From Auanema rhodensis (Eukaryota > Animalia > Nematoda), in contig OZ059895.1 in assembly GCA_964057225.1 (NCBI GenBank), forward strand, positions 14,260,001 to 14,324,000: a DNA stretch of 64,000 nucleotides. The letters are read 5' to 3'. Every line of letters begins with the position of its first letter. Positions within the stretch are counted from its first letter, which is position 1. The translations under genes were made by a program, and so were the position numbers. Of this stretch, positions 29,329 through 42,235 are shown one piece after another. Under the pieces are notes generated by a model. It was not told the DNA's origin. It saw nothing but the letters and a program-made list of their open reading frames with translations, and searched no databases.

Positions 29329-30198
29329 ATGGGGGATAATAATTGGAACCATTTACCGGGTCCTGCTTCTATGGTGACAACAGGATCTCTAAAAACTAAA
29401 ATTTCACTTAAAGCCGGCGCTAGCTATACCGTTGTTGCACCGTTTTATACTATGAAACCTGAACTTCCAGGTGAAATATTTTCTTTTTCTGAATGAACGT
29501 AAAACCTTATTATTCAGCCAAGAGTGTTATGCTAGGTAGTACGGATTTATTGGAAGCGTATGATCTAGGAGGAGTTTACAGTCGATATTGTGGGAATCGA
29601 AAAACGCGAGAAGACCTTGCCTCGTTTTTACCTCATATTTATGGAAATTTTAATATGTCCGAAGCACAAGACATCAGGTTAGATACTTTTTATGTTGTAT
29701 TCATAAGAATATGCTTCACAGTTCCTTGAAAAACTTAGTTGAAAAACCACCTATTACTGGTAAGGAAGTAAATGGCCTATCGGCGAGTTCTATGGTAGGA
29801 TTTCGTTTAACTCCTGGCCCAGTAGATGAAAGGTATTACTTGTTAATAAATAATTATTTTATTCATTTCAATAAATTAAGATACCGATATTTATTTGATA
29901 AGAAAAAGGAACACGAGACCACCTATGAAGTAGAAAAGAAGGATATTTCCTTCCGATATAAGCCGGTGGATTCAACTTCTGATACTAAAATAGAATCAAG
30001 TAGTAGGCCTTCAATATCAGGAGACATTGATTATGAAAAGAGAAAGCATAAAAGTGAGAAGAAGGAGAAGAAAAAGAAAAAGGAGAAGAAGAAGAAGGAT
30101 AAGGTTTTAATAATTACAATTGAGCAATTAATTTATTGATTATTCAGAGAGATGAAGATCGACGACATAAAAGAGATAGTGTTGGATCAAACTTTTGA
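29329..30198 (+). CDS. mdt-19: Mediator subunit 19
   Basis: [63 protein letters not shown] and a Lys-rich tail. Confidence 0.92.
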
Positions 30199-30269
30199 AG
30201 CATACAAAATGCACATAAGTAATAATTTAATTTTTCCTTTTCGAGAATGTGTTAGGTATAGATAACCAG

Positions 30270-30628
30270 TCAAAACGCCTTTCTTCTTCTAAAACTTTCT
30301 TCAGCTCATCCATACGTTTTTCATGTAGTTCTAAAACAAAGCATATACTCTCTGTCATAAGCTGATGTTAGCTTACCATCCTGTATTCTATCACACTCGT
30401 CATCTGTACGAGAATCTCTTGATGTATTTTGTTCAGTACTATCTAAATATAATAATGAACTATTTTTGCAACATATATGTTCACCAACCTATAGAGCTTT
30501 TTGTCATACCACTTATTCGTTTGGGAGTTTGATACATAATAGAATCATCACGTGGATCTGTTGGAGCAGTTGGTGTACTAAATTAAAAATATATTAAGTT
30601 AAACTTTGATACTCTAAACTAACTTCAT
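30270..30628 (-). CDS. Small ~73-aa charged protein, 4 coding exons
   Basis: Three canonical short introns join to MNTPTAPTDPRDDSIMYQTPKRISGMTKSSIDSTEQNTSRDSRTDDECDRIQDELHEKRMDELKESFRRRKAF*. Confidence 0.6.
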
Positions 30629-31007
30629 TCCACCCAGCGAAATGTAAACCTATGGAAATAAGTATGTATAAACTCAATCGTGTATAGCATAACCGTGTAA
30701 GAAAAAATTGAAGTACGTATACGTAATAAATGTATCTTGTATAAAACGACTATTTTTTATTTTGCTTATCATATAAGTAAATTCGGAAAATTAAATGAAA
30801 TCTAACAAATAAAACAATAAAAATTGTAATTATTAGACAAACTGAACAATCCAATTAGTTTATGATATTTCTCATTAGTTATTTGTTTTGACGAAACATT
30901 GAGCAAAAATACAGTGGGGGAAATACGCAATCACTTTGCGTATTGAAAAAGATTCTTTATCGTTCTTGATCTGGGTGTAGAGTCGCTATACAAGCCCCGT
31001 TTCATGA

Positions 31008-34000
31008 ATGAATCGCCAATTTGGAGAAAAAATTCCAGAAATTGAAAAGAAAGAATATTCTTCTAATTCGGAAAATATTTTTCCTTGGATATCAGAAAAT
31101 GAAATAGGATGCAATTCTATTATTGAGACTCCGTTTGGAGATAGAGAAAGTTAGTATAATTTGAAAATTAAATGACTTAAAATTGCGACTTTCAGTTGTC
31201 TATTGTGATTATTCTGCGTCTGCTCGGGCAATCAAACCAATTGAAGATCATATTAGAGATGAAGTATTACCTTTCTATGGAAATACTCATAGTTCGGTTA
31301 CAGCAACGGCAGAACAGACTACGCTTTATGTACATGAAGCCAGGTAAAACGACTTAAATCTTTGTTTCAAGAAAAAATACGTTTAGACAAGAAATTCGTG
31401 CTATGACTGGAGCGGGAGATGGAGATGAAGTTATTTTCACCGGCTCAGGAACAACTGCAGCTGTTGATTTGCTAGTACACTTGTTAGATACTTCTAATTT
31501 GGTAAGATCTTTAAATAATTTTTCACGGAAAATTACATTAATTTAATATTAGGTTGTAATACACTCAATACATGAACATCATTCAAACTTACTACCATGG
31601 AGAAGAGTAGCTAAGAAGATGTACTGTGTTCAAGAAGATGAATTTGGACAGATTGACATTGGTATTTTTGAATTATTTAATAAATATACATTTCAAAGTA
31701 TTGTAGTGGATTTACGAGCTAAACTAGAGTTCGCAAAGCAAGAAAACCCAGATAGTCAGATCGTAACTGCTTTAACAGCTTGTTCCAACATAACTGGAGT
31801 GTTAACTAATGTAGTTACTATAACTCAGCTTGCTAAAAGGTATTTCTGCTCACTTGAATAGATCACAGAAGTCTTAATTTCAGTTTTAATGCTTTCACTT
31901 TTTGGGATTATGCTTCAGCTGCTCCTTATGTTTCTATTAACGTTAATTCTCCAATTGGAATTGACGCTTTGTTCTTTTCTGGACACAAATTTATCGGAGG
32001 AGTAGCCACACCAGGTACACAAATAATTTGGAATGAATACGACTTCCATATTCAGGAGTTTTGGTGGTGAAAAAGACCATTATACAAGCATCAGAACCAA
32101 AAAGAACAGGAGGAGGAACTGTTTTCTTTGTAATTTAAAATTTTTTTCTACTATATTTATCATTTATGTATTGCATAGGTCAATAAGTCAAATGAATGGT
32201 ACTTAAAAGATTCCGAATATAGAGAAGAAGGTGGCACACCTGATGCCGTTGGTATTATTAGATTAGCGTTAGCAGCTAAGTTGAAAAGATCTATTGATGA
32301 GGATTTATTGAAAAAGAGAGAAGCTGAAATATCAGAGTACGCTAATGTACTCGATTTTCTAAAAAATATGAAGAATTTCAGACGAGTTTTACGTTTTTGC
32401 AAATTAATTGACAATATATATCTTCTTGGGCCGAAGCAATCTAGTAATCGGCTTCCTGTATTTTCATTCCTGATCAAAGTTCGAGAAATACTGAAATATT
32501 GTATAATTTCATTTTTTACAGGAACCAAAATCTTCTCTATTTTATCATCATAATTACATATCAGCATTATTGAATGATTTGTTTGGTATACAAAGTAGAG
32601 CTGGATGTATGTGCGCTGGACCATATGCTCAAAATCTTCTTGGCATCGACGAAAAAGTAAGTAACATAGTTAACTACATATTTTTGGACTTATATTAGAT
32701 GTCCAATGATTATTTATTGGCTCTTCGTGAGCAAGATGGTCTGGATCGTACACATTTGAGAAGAATCGGAGAATATTCTCAACAGGAGATTCTGAGACCA
32801 GGGTTCAGTAGGGTATCTATTCCATTTTTCTGGAGTGATTCGAAGGTAATCTTTTTATTCATTACAGCAATAGCTACTATTATCAGTTCATCGCCAAATA
32901 CTTTGAACATATTTGCTTTATTGCTCTCTTTTGTTTTATAAACATGACCGGTTTGTTCTTGCAAATTCAAAAATTATTTTCATAATGCGATGATGAATGT
33001 TCGGTTGAATTTATTTAAAAGTTGTATAATTTATATTTCTTCTTTAGATTGACTATCTTCTTCAAAGTTTGAAGTTTATTGCAGAGAATGCCTCGGATTT
33101 TTTGCATTTGGTATTTATAACTTTGTTACTTATTACATAACTAATGTTACAGTATCAACCTAATTGTGAAAGTGCTGAATGGCATCATCATAAACAACGA
33201 ACATTCAAGGGACGCCGTTGGCTAGGCTATGTATCTTTCAGTAATCAAGGCTTGAAGGTTGATAACAAAAAGGTTTTTTCTTTACCCTCTTTTCCACAAC
33301 AAACTTTGTTTTTATAAAGACAACCTCTTCAAACCCGATGACAGGGCTAGCTTCTCTTGAAATAGCCGAAAAATTCCGGAAAGAAGCAGTAGAAGGACGC
33401 AATTCGGTATTGTTTTAAAAATTAAATTTATGTTTTAATCAATTTGTTCAAGACTATTGTACCAGACGGCCGAGTTGCTGTTGATGTTGCATTCCAACAT
33501 CTAAGATGGTTTGTACTGCCAATTGAAATTGTTGAATCTACAAATGGAACGCTTCAACCTGCTTCCTGTCCATTCGAACCTAAATTATTCAAATACGATG
33601 ACTCTATTATCCAGCCTCAAGAAAAAATGAATGTTTATCAGTTCAATTCGGAAAAGCATGATGAGAATCTTGTGGCTGAAATAGAAACAGCATCAAGCGG
33701 CCTCTCTTGTAATCGTAAATCTTTCAAAGTTTTTTTTTATTGAAAATTCTGACTTTTAGTTCCTGAAACTAGAAATACGAATTCTGTTTCGACCAGTGAA
33801 ATGGTAGAATGTCCTTTAGAACCTGGAGATGTGGGAAAAGGACGAATGGGAGACCTTGGTACCGATGAGAAAGTTGAAGAGGCTAAAGTCTTTAAAATAT
33901 ATAATTTTAATATGTATCTTGATCTTAACTAGGAAATGGAAGATTGGAATCGCCGTGTTATTGTTACCACGCGCACGCTTACAAAACAAGAAGAAGCTCA

Positions 34001-36394
34001 ATTACCATGGCATGATCCTTCTCTTAATATGTATAAAACTGTAACAGATGTAATACATGGATTAGATATGATTAAAGTAAATTTATTTTTTATTATTATG
34101 CTACAAGTTAACTTTTTTTTAGAATGGTGACAAAGTTCTGGTTTGTCTGTCAGGTGGAAAAGACTCCTTAGCTCTTTTGCATATTTTACATTTTTATCGC
34201 AAGCGCTGTATTAAGAATAAAAGGTAAAATTGCATTGTTAAAGGTAATTTATAGTTGTTTTAGTACGCAATTTGAATTAGGAGCTATAACTGTTGACCCT
34301 GGATCTTCAGCTTATAACCCAAGACCTTTGATCGAATATTGTCGCTCATTAAATATTGATTATTTCTATGAAGAACAAGGTTTGTATTAAAGACTGTATG
34401 AGTATTCATTTCCTACTATTCAGATATTATTGGAGCAGCTCGAAAGAGTAATCCTCGTTCTATTTGTGCTTTCTGTAGTCGCATGAAAAGAGGTAGATTA
34501 GCTGCTGCAGCATTACATCATGGCTGGAATGTTCTCGCTATGGGCCAGCATTTGGATGATTTAGCTGAGAGGTAAGCTTCTTTTCATATTTAAGTTTTAA
34601 AAAAAGTCGAGGTTTTAAATAGTTAATAATTTATTCGTATGTTCATATAAATAGATTAAAACACGTGAACATTGTTCTTTAAAGCTTGAGCTTAGTTTCC
34701 AGTGTTGGCTTTAATCTGGAAAACGTTAAAGTTAGAGAAATAGCTATGCTTCTTCAGCTTACCAAATAGACGCTGGCATCATACCCACTGCGCAAGTAGA
34801 TTTTGCAAGCGTTGACGAATCTGTCAGCGAAGGAAGCTGCAAATAAATCAGATTAGCTTTTGTTATTTCATAGGGAGGGCATACAATCAAGAAGTCTGAA
34901 GGTTTCTGGAGAAATTTCAAGGAGCTCGGTCTTATCAGCGGCAGTCAAATGCTTGAAGGCATCATGGAACAAGACGATGAATTTAGCGATACGGCGAGCT
35001 CTTCCTTCATTATCTCCTTGAACGGCGTCGAAAAGTCTTGCCCACCACTGCAAACGATACAAGTGAAGAGTTGTTTTCAATAACTAGGTATTACGGTCAT
35101 GAATCTTTCTTGAGATTGATCCTTCATCTCTCCGACCATAGAGAAGAGTTGGGATAAAGCAGTATCAACCTTGGTGGCATAAGCAGGGGATCTGCAGAAT
35201 GTATGGAGTTAAGGAAACGATGCATCCTTATACCTTTGACGGATGTAGTCCAAGATGGCAGTTACATTGTTTGTAACAACAATCTTTTTCTGTTCAATGT
35301 CGTTGACAGTCTCTACCATCTTCTCTTTGATGTCAGTTGAGAGCTGGAAGTAAATTGATTAGCAAAGAGGAGTTAGTCCAGTTCTTACGTCGAAAAGAAG
35401 AGTCTTTGCGGGAACGGGAGTATAATCTGAAATGCGCAATTGTGGCATTCGAACATGAAACCATTGAGTGCTAAACAATACCTGGGAAACTCGACATAAT
35501 ATTGATATAGAAGTCCAAATCATCCATGGTGAATGCTTTCTTGTTATCCAGGAGACGGCCCAGATTGACTTCCATATCCTTATCGGCAGCAACCGAGGCG
35601 ACCATAACGGCGACAATGACAGTGTAGAAATTCATATTCTAGAAATTGTTCGAGTTATAGAGAAATTGATATATTTTTGATAGGAGAAGCTAAACTAGGA
35701 AGTGATACTTAGTCTGGGGTCTGCTCTCCCTTTTATAGCAATTTACCTTTGAGGATTATGCAAAAACCTGACGTATTTATCATGTTTTGTAAACTAACTT
35801 CATTACGATTACTTTATGTACCTGTTTATTTGGTAATCCTTTCCACAACATATTATTTTTCAGTTTCTTCATTGCGGCTTTCCAAAATGGGAATTTGAGC
35901 ACCATGAAAGCTCAATACACTACCAGGTATTCATGCAAATTCGACCATTTTTTGTATAATCTGTTTACTGTTTAGGGATGGTTCATTACGTGTTATCCGC
36001 CCACTTGTTCTTGTTCGTGAAAAAGATTTACGGCAGTTTTCTGAATCGCGTAAACTCCCAGTTATTGCTGAGAACTGTCCCGCCTGTTTCAACCAAGCAA
36101 CTGAACGTCACCGTATGAAGCAGGTACTAATTTTATGTTTCCAAATATTTGTATCACTCATCTATTGATTTTCATAATATTCTATATGATTCAGATGTTG
36201 GCTCAACAAGAGCTGATCTTCCCCGATCTTTTCCACTCATTACGGTCAGCACTTCGTCCTCTTCTCATGGTAGTTTTTCTCGTCATCTTTCAACAATTAA
36301 ATAAATGTTTGAGGTTGATTCCGCCAGCACAGATGAAATGCGAGCACTCGCAATCAAAAACATCGTTGAAAATAATAAAGGAAAAGCAAAATGA
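31008..36394 (+). CDS. Fusion of a class-V PLP cysteine-desulfurase-like domain and a TtcA/Ctu1-family PP-loop sulfurtransferase domain
   Basis: YCDYSASAR, EHHSNLLPWR, SGHKFIGG (PLP Lys), EEGGTP, RAGCMCAGPY; then LSGGKDS (PP-loop), CAFCSRMKRG, GQHLDD, VIRPL, ENCPAC in one spliced frame. Confidence 0.88.
34692..35635 (-). CDS. Secreted helical protein, FAR (fatty-acid/retinol-binding)-like, nested in intron 34572-35863 of the fusion gene
   Basis: Signal peptide MNFYTVIVAVMVASVAA; spliced helical body (SPAYATKV, FKHLTAADKTELLEISP); ends IKANTGN*. The FAR family assignment is by resemblance only. Confidence 0.7.
35731..35737 (-). promoter_or_regulatory. TATA box of the nested gene
   Basis: TATAAAAG on the minus strand about 100 nt upstream of the ATG. 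Confidence 0.6.
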
Positions 36395-36857
36395 AACTGT
36401 TTGTTAATGGATTATTTTTCTGTTTTGTTACTGTTTTATGTTGTTATTGTTTTTGTTGAAAGAAATTTATAATTTAGAAAACATGTAATATATGATGATG
36501 ATGATAAATCAATCTCTGAACAAATGCTTAATCATAAAAAAGAAATTTTAGTTCATGACTCAGCTGGCTCTTGCACCGCCTAAACGCGATGTAAGTGTAG
36601 TTTCAACATAAGCTTCTAGTTTTTTTTCAATTTCTATATCATTCATGCTCAAACTAATCATTTTTATCTTATCACACCTTATTCATTTATTTCCGGTGTT
36701 TCAAATAGACATTTCTCAAAGTTTTGATATTAAAATTGGTTAATAACCGTTAGATTAGATACTAAATGAACTATATGTGATCAAAATCAGTGAAAGCGTT
36801 TCCTTAAAAAAAGGAAAATTGATATTCTCTTATCATCATCTATGTGTGCCGTTCGAC

Positions 36858-37066
36858 ATGAATCATCGGCAGTTCAAGTAACGAGGACGTCAATGAGTCT
36901 TTTGTTTGAAATGGAAACAGATGATTGAGTTCACTGACAGAAGGACAAATTCTCAAACTGAAGGGACACTAGTCGAAGACGATGCGTACAAATCTGTGAA
37001 CAGACGGATCAACGCTCAGCAGAATGCGAACCTTCCAAGTGAGGAGAATGCATCAATCAATAAACG
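36858..37066 (+). CDS. Putative 5' coding exons (distal first exons of the RhoGAP gene or a separate small gene)
   Basis: MNHRQFK|RTNSQTEGTLVEDDAYKSVNRRINAQQNANLP via a 63-nt intron 36878-36940; downstream connection not resolved. Confidence 0.4.
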
Positions 37067-37597
37067 TTTCCTCTTCAACCACCCTTCTCCTTGTCTTTTT
37101 CCATTGTTTTCTGACCTCTTTACGGTTTCTCTGGTTCATCTCTTAAACGTCTGTACTCTCACCTATATATTATTACTGAAGTTTGATCTCTAACACGTTT
37201 ATTCGTTTTTTTTTCTTCGCCCAACTCCTCTCAGCTCATTTTGTCTTTACCGGGCAATCAGCTCATATGAAATATATTTCCAATTTCTTTCTATGTTTAT
37301 CATGTTTTCAAGTGAAGTTTTATAGCTTTCTCTTAAACCTTTATTGATTTCCTTTTTCTTGTTGGAAAAAATCCTCCCGTTTTCATACATACATACTCTC
37401 TTGTATTTCCCTTTTAAGCACTGAACAACATTTCTGTAAAATATTAGAAAAGAGTGCCTTTCATACGATTAGTAAATTTAAAATCTGATCAAACAGTCTA
37501 TTGTGAACGTATGGTTTCAGTATTCTCACGCACTCATCTGTCGTTAATTCCCATATTGAAGTTGGTGTGGGAAAGGCAGATGTAGTTAGATGATGCA

Positions 37598-37662
37598 GAA
37601 GAAGATGACGAAGAAGAAGAAGAAGAAGAAGAAGAAGAAGAAAGGGATGATGATGATGATGA
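37598..37662. repeat. (GAA)n/(GAT)n microsatellite
   Basis: Read directly from sequence. Confidence 0.85.
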
Positions 37663-39429
37663 TGGAGATGAAGAAGCTGTGGTCAGTAAGCAGTTCCTTT
37701 CTATTTCTCTCATCAATCTCTTCATTTCGTTCATCTATGTTCTTTACTATTTCTTTTTGAAAATATCTCGCATAGTTCTGATCTTATTAAAGCTAAACGG
37801 TTTCTTATTTGGTGAGAGAAAGCTGCTTCTATCATCTAGGCGATCATCACCATCACAACATGCTGTTGTTGGTTAAAGACTGTGGAGGGTAAGGGGGGAG
37901 ATTGACAACCTCCACGATGTTGTCTTCTTAGCGATCTCCTCTTATTAAAAGGACACCTGTTTGTTTTATGTTCCATCTCCCCTATTTGCTCCTTCCTTTT
38001 GGCCATATTTGTCATTTAGTGTGGTGCTCCCTCTCTACTTCTGTTCGTAGCCTAGTCGTCAATTTGTTTATATATATGTGAATGTATAGTTATCTATCTA
38101 TCTCCATATATAAATATATAAATTTATTGATTTTTTTAAATTCCTTGATCATTCTTTCACTTGTAAACTGTGTGTAATTCTTCTTTTTAATTAGTTTTGT
38201 ATTTCATTTCTTCAATTCAAATGTAGAAGAATCATACTTTCTCTTATTATTCTTCTTTTTTTTTCATTTTCGCTTCCCCCCACTTTTCATCTTTCTTCTT
38301 TGCATTTTGTCCATAAACTATTCTGAGTTTGTTCTCCATGTCCTTGCTTTCTCTATGCTCTTTCTAACAATTTGCTCCTGTTTTCTAATAGTTTTTTCTT
38401 CCATTTAACATTGAGAGATCACAAAATAAGGGCGTCGTTCCTGTCCGGTCCTATCTCTCTGTATTGCAATTCGGTTTTCTTAGATTCTAGTAGTCGCAAC
38501 ACGTGTTCTTTTTTTCTCTCTCGGTTACCTAGAGGGCATCTCTCCTCTCGAAACACTTCGATTAGGTACTTCATATCACCTTCATCTTTTTTGTTTTTTT
38601 TTTACAGAATTTCTCTCTCTCTTTCTCTCTCTTCCCTCTTTCCTCTTCTCTCTTCTAATCTTTCAATCTTCTTTTCATCTTCTTTGTTATATGTAATGCA
38701 ATTCTTCCTAAGTTTAACTTTGAATCGTCTAGTTACTGACTCAGCAATTGCTACTAAGCAGAGATCTTATGCCTGCGTGTCGAGTATGCGTGTGTTCAGT
38801 CAGCCTGTTTTAAGCCGTTTGGTCAGATTTTTTTTGACATCAATTTCTCCATATGGTTCATTTTGTCTATTTCTTCTTCTGCTTTAGCGCTTTGTTCTTG
38901 ATTTCTCTGCCTATCATTCCAATTATTCAGCTTAAACATACTGTTGTTCATTATGTACTCAAAATGCTTCTTACATACAATCTTCTGGCAAATACAAAAT
39001 TTGTCTGATGCACAGAAGAAGTACAACGGTACAGTTTAGAGTTTAGAAATCAGCGGTATAGAGAAAAACTCTGATGTTGAAAGGAAACATAGTCCAAGTG
39101 CTGAGATACAGACACTTGATGCTCATCTCATTTGCTTTACTGTTACTTCAACTTCAACCTACGCAGGTCGCTCGATTTATCATCATATGTTACTTTCAAT
39201 CTTTTGTTATCTCTTTGTTTCCTTCGATTTCAATCTATTTCCGTATGTTTTCTGTTGTCTTTATGGTTTTGGTTGTTTTTTTTATCTTTTGGCGTACTTT
39301 TTTATATCAGATATGGCTATTTCAACACCAATCGTTTATGAAACATGCTCGTAAAATCTGAGAAGAAGAAGTAAAGATAACTATAGAAAAAGAGTATCAA
39401 TATAGGAGAGAACGAAAGAATAGTTTATG

Positions 39430-39432
<3 letters not shown>

Positions 39433-39466
<34 letters not shown>
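39433..39466. repeat. (AG)n microsatellite
   Basis: Read directly from sequence. Confidence 0.95.
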
Positions 39467-39473
<7 letters not shown>

Positions 39474-42235
39474 AGTAGGGAGGGAAGAAGGGAGAGAGAG
39501 AAAGAAAGAGAAATCAAAGAAAATGGTATGAAATTCTATTTTCGTACCTTTTTTTTATAAATTTCGCTGAGACATTTTAACCATGTGTCGTTTACTTTTT
39601 GTACTATCACCATCGTTTTTTTCCCATTTTTTCATCATTTCATTCCATCATTTTCTTCATCGTTGTCGCTCCGACATTTCTTACTGATATTGTGAATCGT
39701 CATCTGTATCTGCTACTTGATTCTTCAAGTTCTCTTGATGTTAATCAGATTACTTATCAGTTTGCCTTCTGAAAGACTGCTATCCCCCCTCTCTCTCTCT
39801 CGTTCTTTTTCTTTCTCTTTCTCTTTCTCTTTCTATAGAAAGGTAATCGACCTCTATGAGATAGCCCAACCTGAAAAGTTTTTTGATATCAATTCTATAT
39901 TTAGCAATTTTTGGTTCACATTGTTTAGTTATATTTTGCTTTATCGTTAGATTCTATTTCTGTTTATTCATCAATGTCAATCTTATAATATTATATAGTT
40001 AGCCAAATTTTCTGCTAAACTGCGCTTCTTTACTTCTTAATTCTTAATCTTTTTAATTATTATGTATGAGGCGATTGTCATGTATATCTAATGAAATCAA
40101 GAAAATGAGTTATATTATTACACGAGCTTCATCTAATTCCTCTTTTTTGCTTTTTTTTTCTTCATTTCTTTCCATTTTTTTATTTATTTTTATGTATACA
40201 TATCAATATGTGTGTAGTAGGTGTGGTAGCAGGGACACACAACGACGACAAAGCCGGTGTCTGGGGAGAGGGGGGGGGGGCGATAGTTTGGGTTAGTGAT
40301 TGTGATGAAAACTAGATGAAACATATCGCCTGCGAGCTGATTTGTGATCTGAAAATGTGGTCGTTACCTTTTGTTTGTTTTGAAGAATATCTTACAGCTT
40401 TTGCTATCTTATCGTGATTCAATGATTCCATCATTCAAAAAAATGCATGTTCAAAGAACTCAAGCACGCACATACAGCCCTGCTTAGTCAAATCAAGCGA
40501 TCAGCAATAGAGCTGGTCTTTCTTTCTTGTCGTCTTACTTAGAGAGCATGAAAAAACTTTTTCGGAAACAACATGCTTCATAATACCTTCCAAACCACAA
40601 ATCCTGGCTATTTTTCAATATTGAAAAAATAATAATTAAAACTTATCTCCTCTAATGTTCTTTACCAATTATATAAAATTTTATCATCCTTGTTTTTCAC
40701 TATGACTACTTATCTATAGAAATGTCTGGCTGTCACTTATACATTATGCTTTATCCTCTTTCTTTATAACCATTTTGCTATTCATAACAATAGAACGAAA
40801 ATCATTATATTGTTACAGAAATTCTTGTACACATTCTGTTTCATAAATCGAATTTTGTCGAAGTTTACGTGAAATCATCTTCTACGTGATCTGCGTACTT
40901 TCGTTTTTTTTTCAAATATTAATTGATTATGAACTTCAAAATAGTAGTATTCGGTTGCATTTTTTTTTAAAGTTTGTTTTAACTGCTTCTCTCTAATCTC
41001 GTTCTTCCTTTACTTTGCTTTTAATCTTCTGTTTTCAAGCTGTCTTCTGTATTTTGATAAATGGCATCACAGCTTGTTCTGCTTGATTTGCCGATACTAG
41101 CAAGCTTGATTATTTTTATCTCCTATACGGGTCGTGCAGATATGTCGATTCAAATTTCCTGTTTTATTTTATAGCTCTCTTGTTTTCTTTTCAATTCTTT
41201 GAATTAATGTTTAACTCCTTTTTATCGCTGATTAATCAACAGCTTAAATTGTTATTTTTCAACTCATAAAATCTCATTTTCTTTGTTTATACTTTATTCC
41301 TATGTCACTTTTTTTTCATTTTATCTTGATTTTTTGATGTTCTCCTTCCATCCTCACCGTTCTTGCTTACCCCACTGTGTAATAATGTTGTCGTACTATC
41401 TTTGTGCAACATCTATTTGGCTTAATGCCTCACTACATCAAACGCTGTGCTGCTTTATAGAATCAGAATAAGATTGCTGATTGACGTAATGAAAAATCAC
41501 TCAACCTATCTTTCTTATCGTTTAGGCGTTCTTCTCGAAATATTGGAACATAAATATGTTTGTAGATATACGACTTTTATGATGTTTAGTGCATTTGGTT
41601 ATCAATTGTATAGTAGTTCCAGCTTATCATTCTCTCTGTTGCGACATGCTGTTTTCTTTTTTTTTCTCTTTTTAGTAAATTTCGATGTTATTTATTCAAT
41701 TATTTAGCTATACTAGTTATTCTGAAAATGTAATCATCGTTCAGCAGAATAATACTTATTTTCTCTTATAATCGTTCATGTCGTTGTCCTTCAATACCGG
41801 CTATTGTCATCGGAAACGAGCCTCTGCTGCCCAGGTTTGGAGTTTGCTGATCCGAGGGACGACAATAATGGCTGCTAGCGCAGAGGTCGTTTCGTCAATG
41901 GACGGTTCTGCAACTTAAAACGTCTCTACTTCATGAATCCGTAAAAAACTACATGGTGATTGCGTTCGACTGTTTTCCGTAGTTGTCTTTGGGCAATAAA
42001 AGAATGCAAATTGATGGAAAGGATTTAACTATAAATATTTTCTGTCCCCTCTTTCTCGTACTGTGTCTCGTATTCTCTTATTTTTCTTGACGTCGTTCTC
42101 CATGGTTGACGTCGAGGATGTTGGTTCTTATCCGATCTACTCGCTTTTTGTCGTTTTATTTATCTATTTCTCTATCTTTGTATGTGATTCATTTCATCTG
42201 TTCAGTTCTTTATATAGTCGATTTATTGCAGAAAC

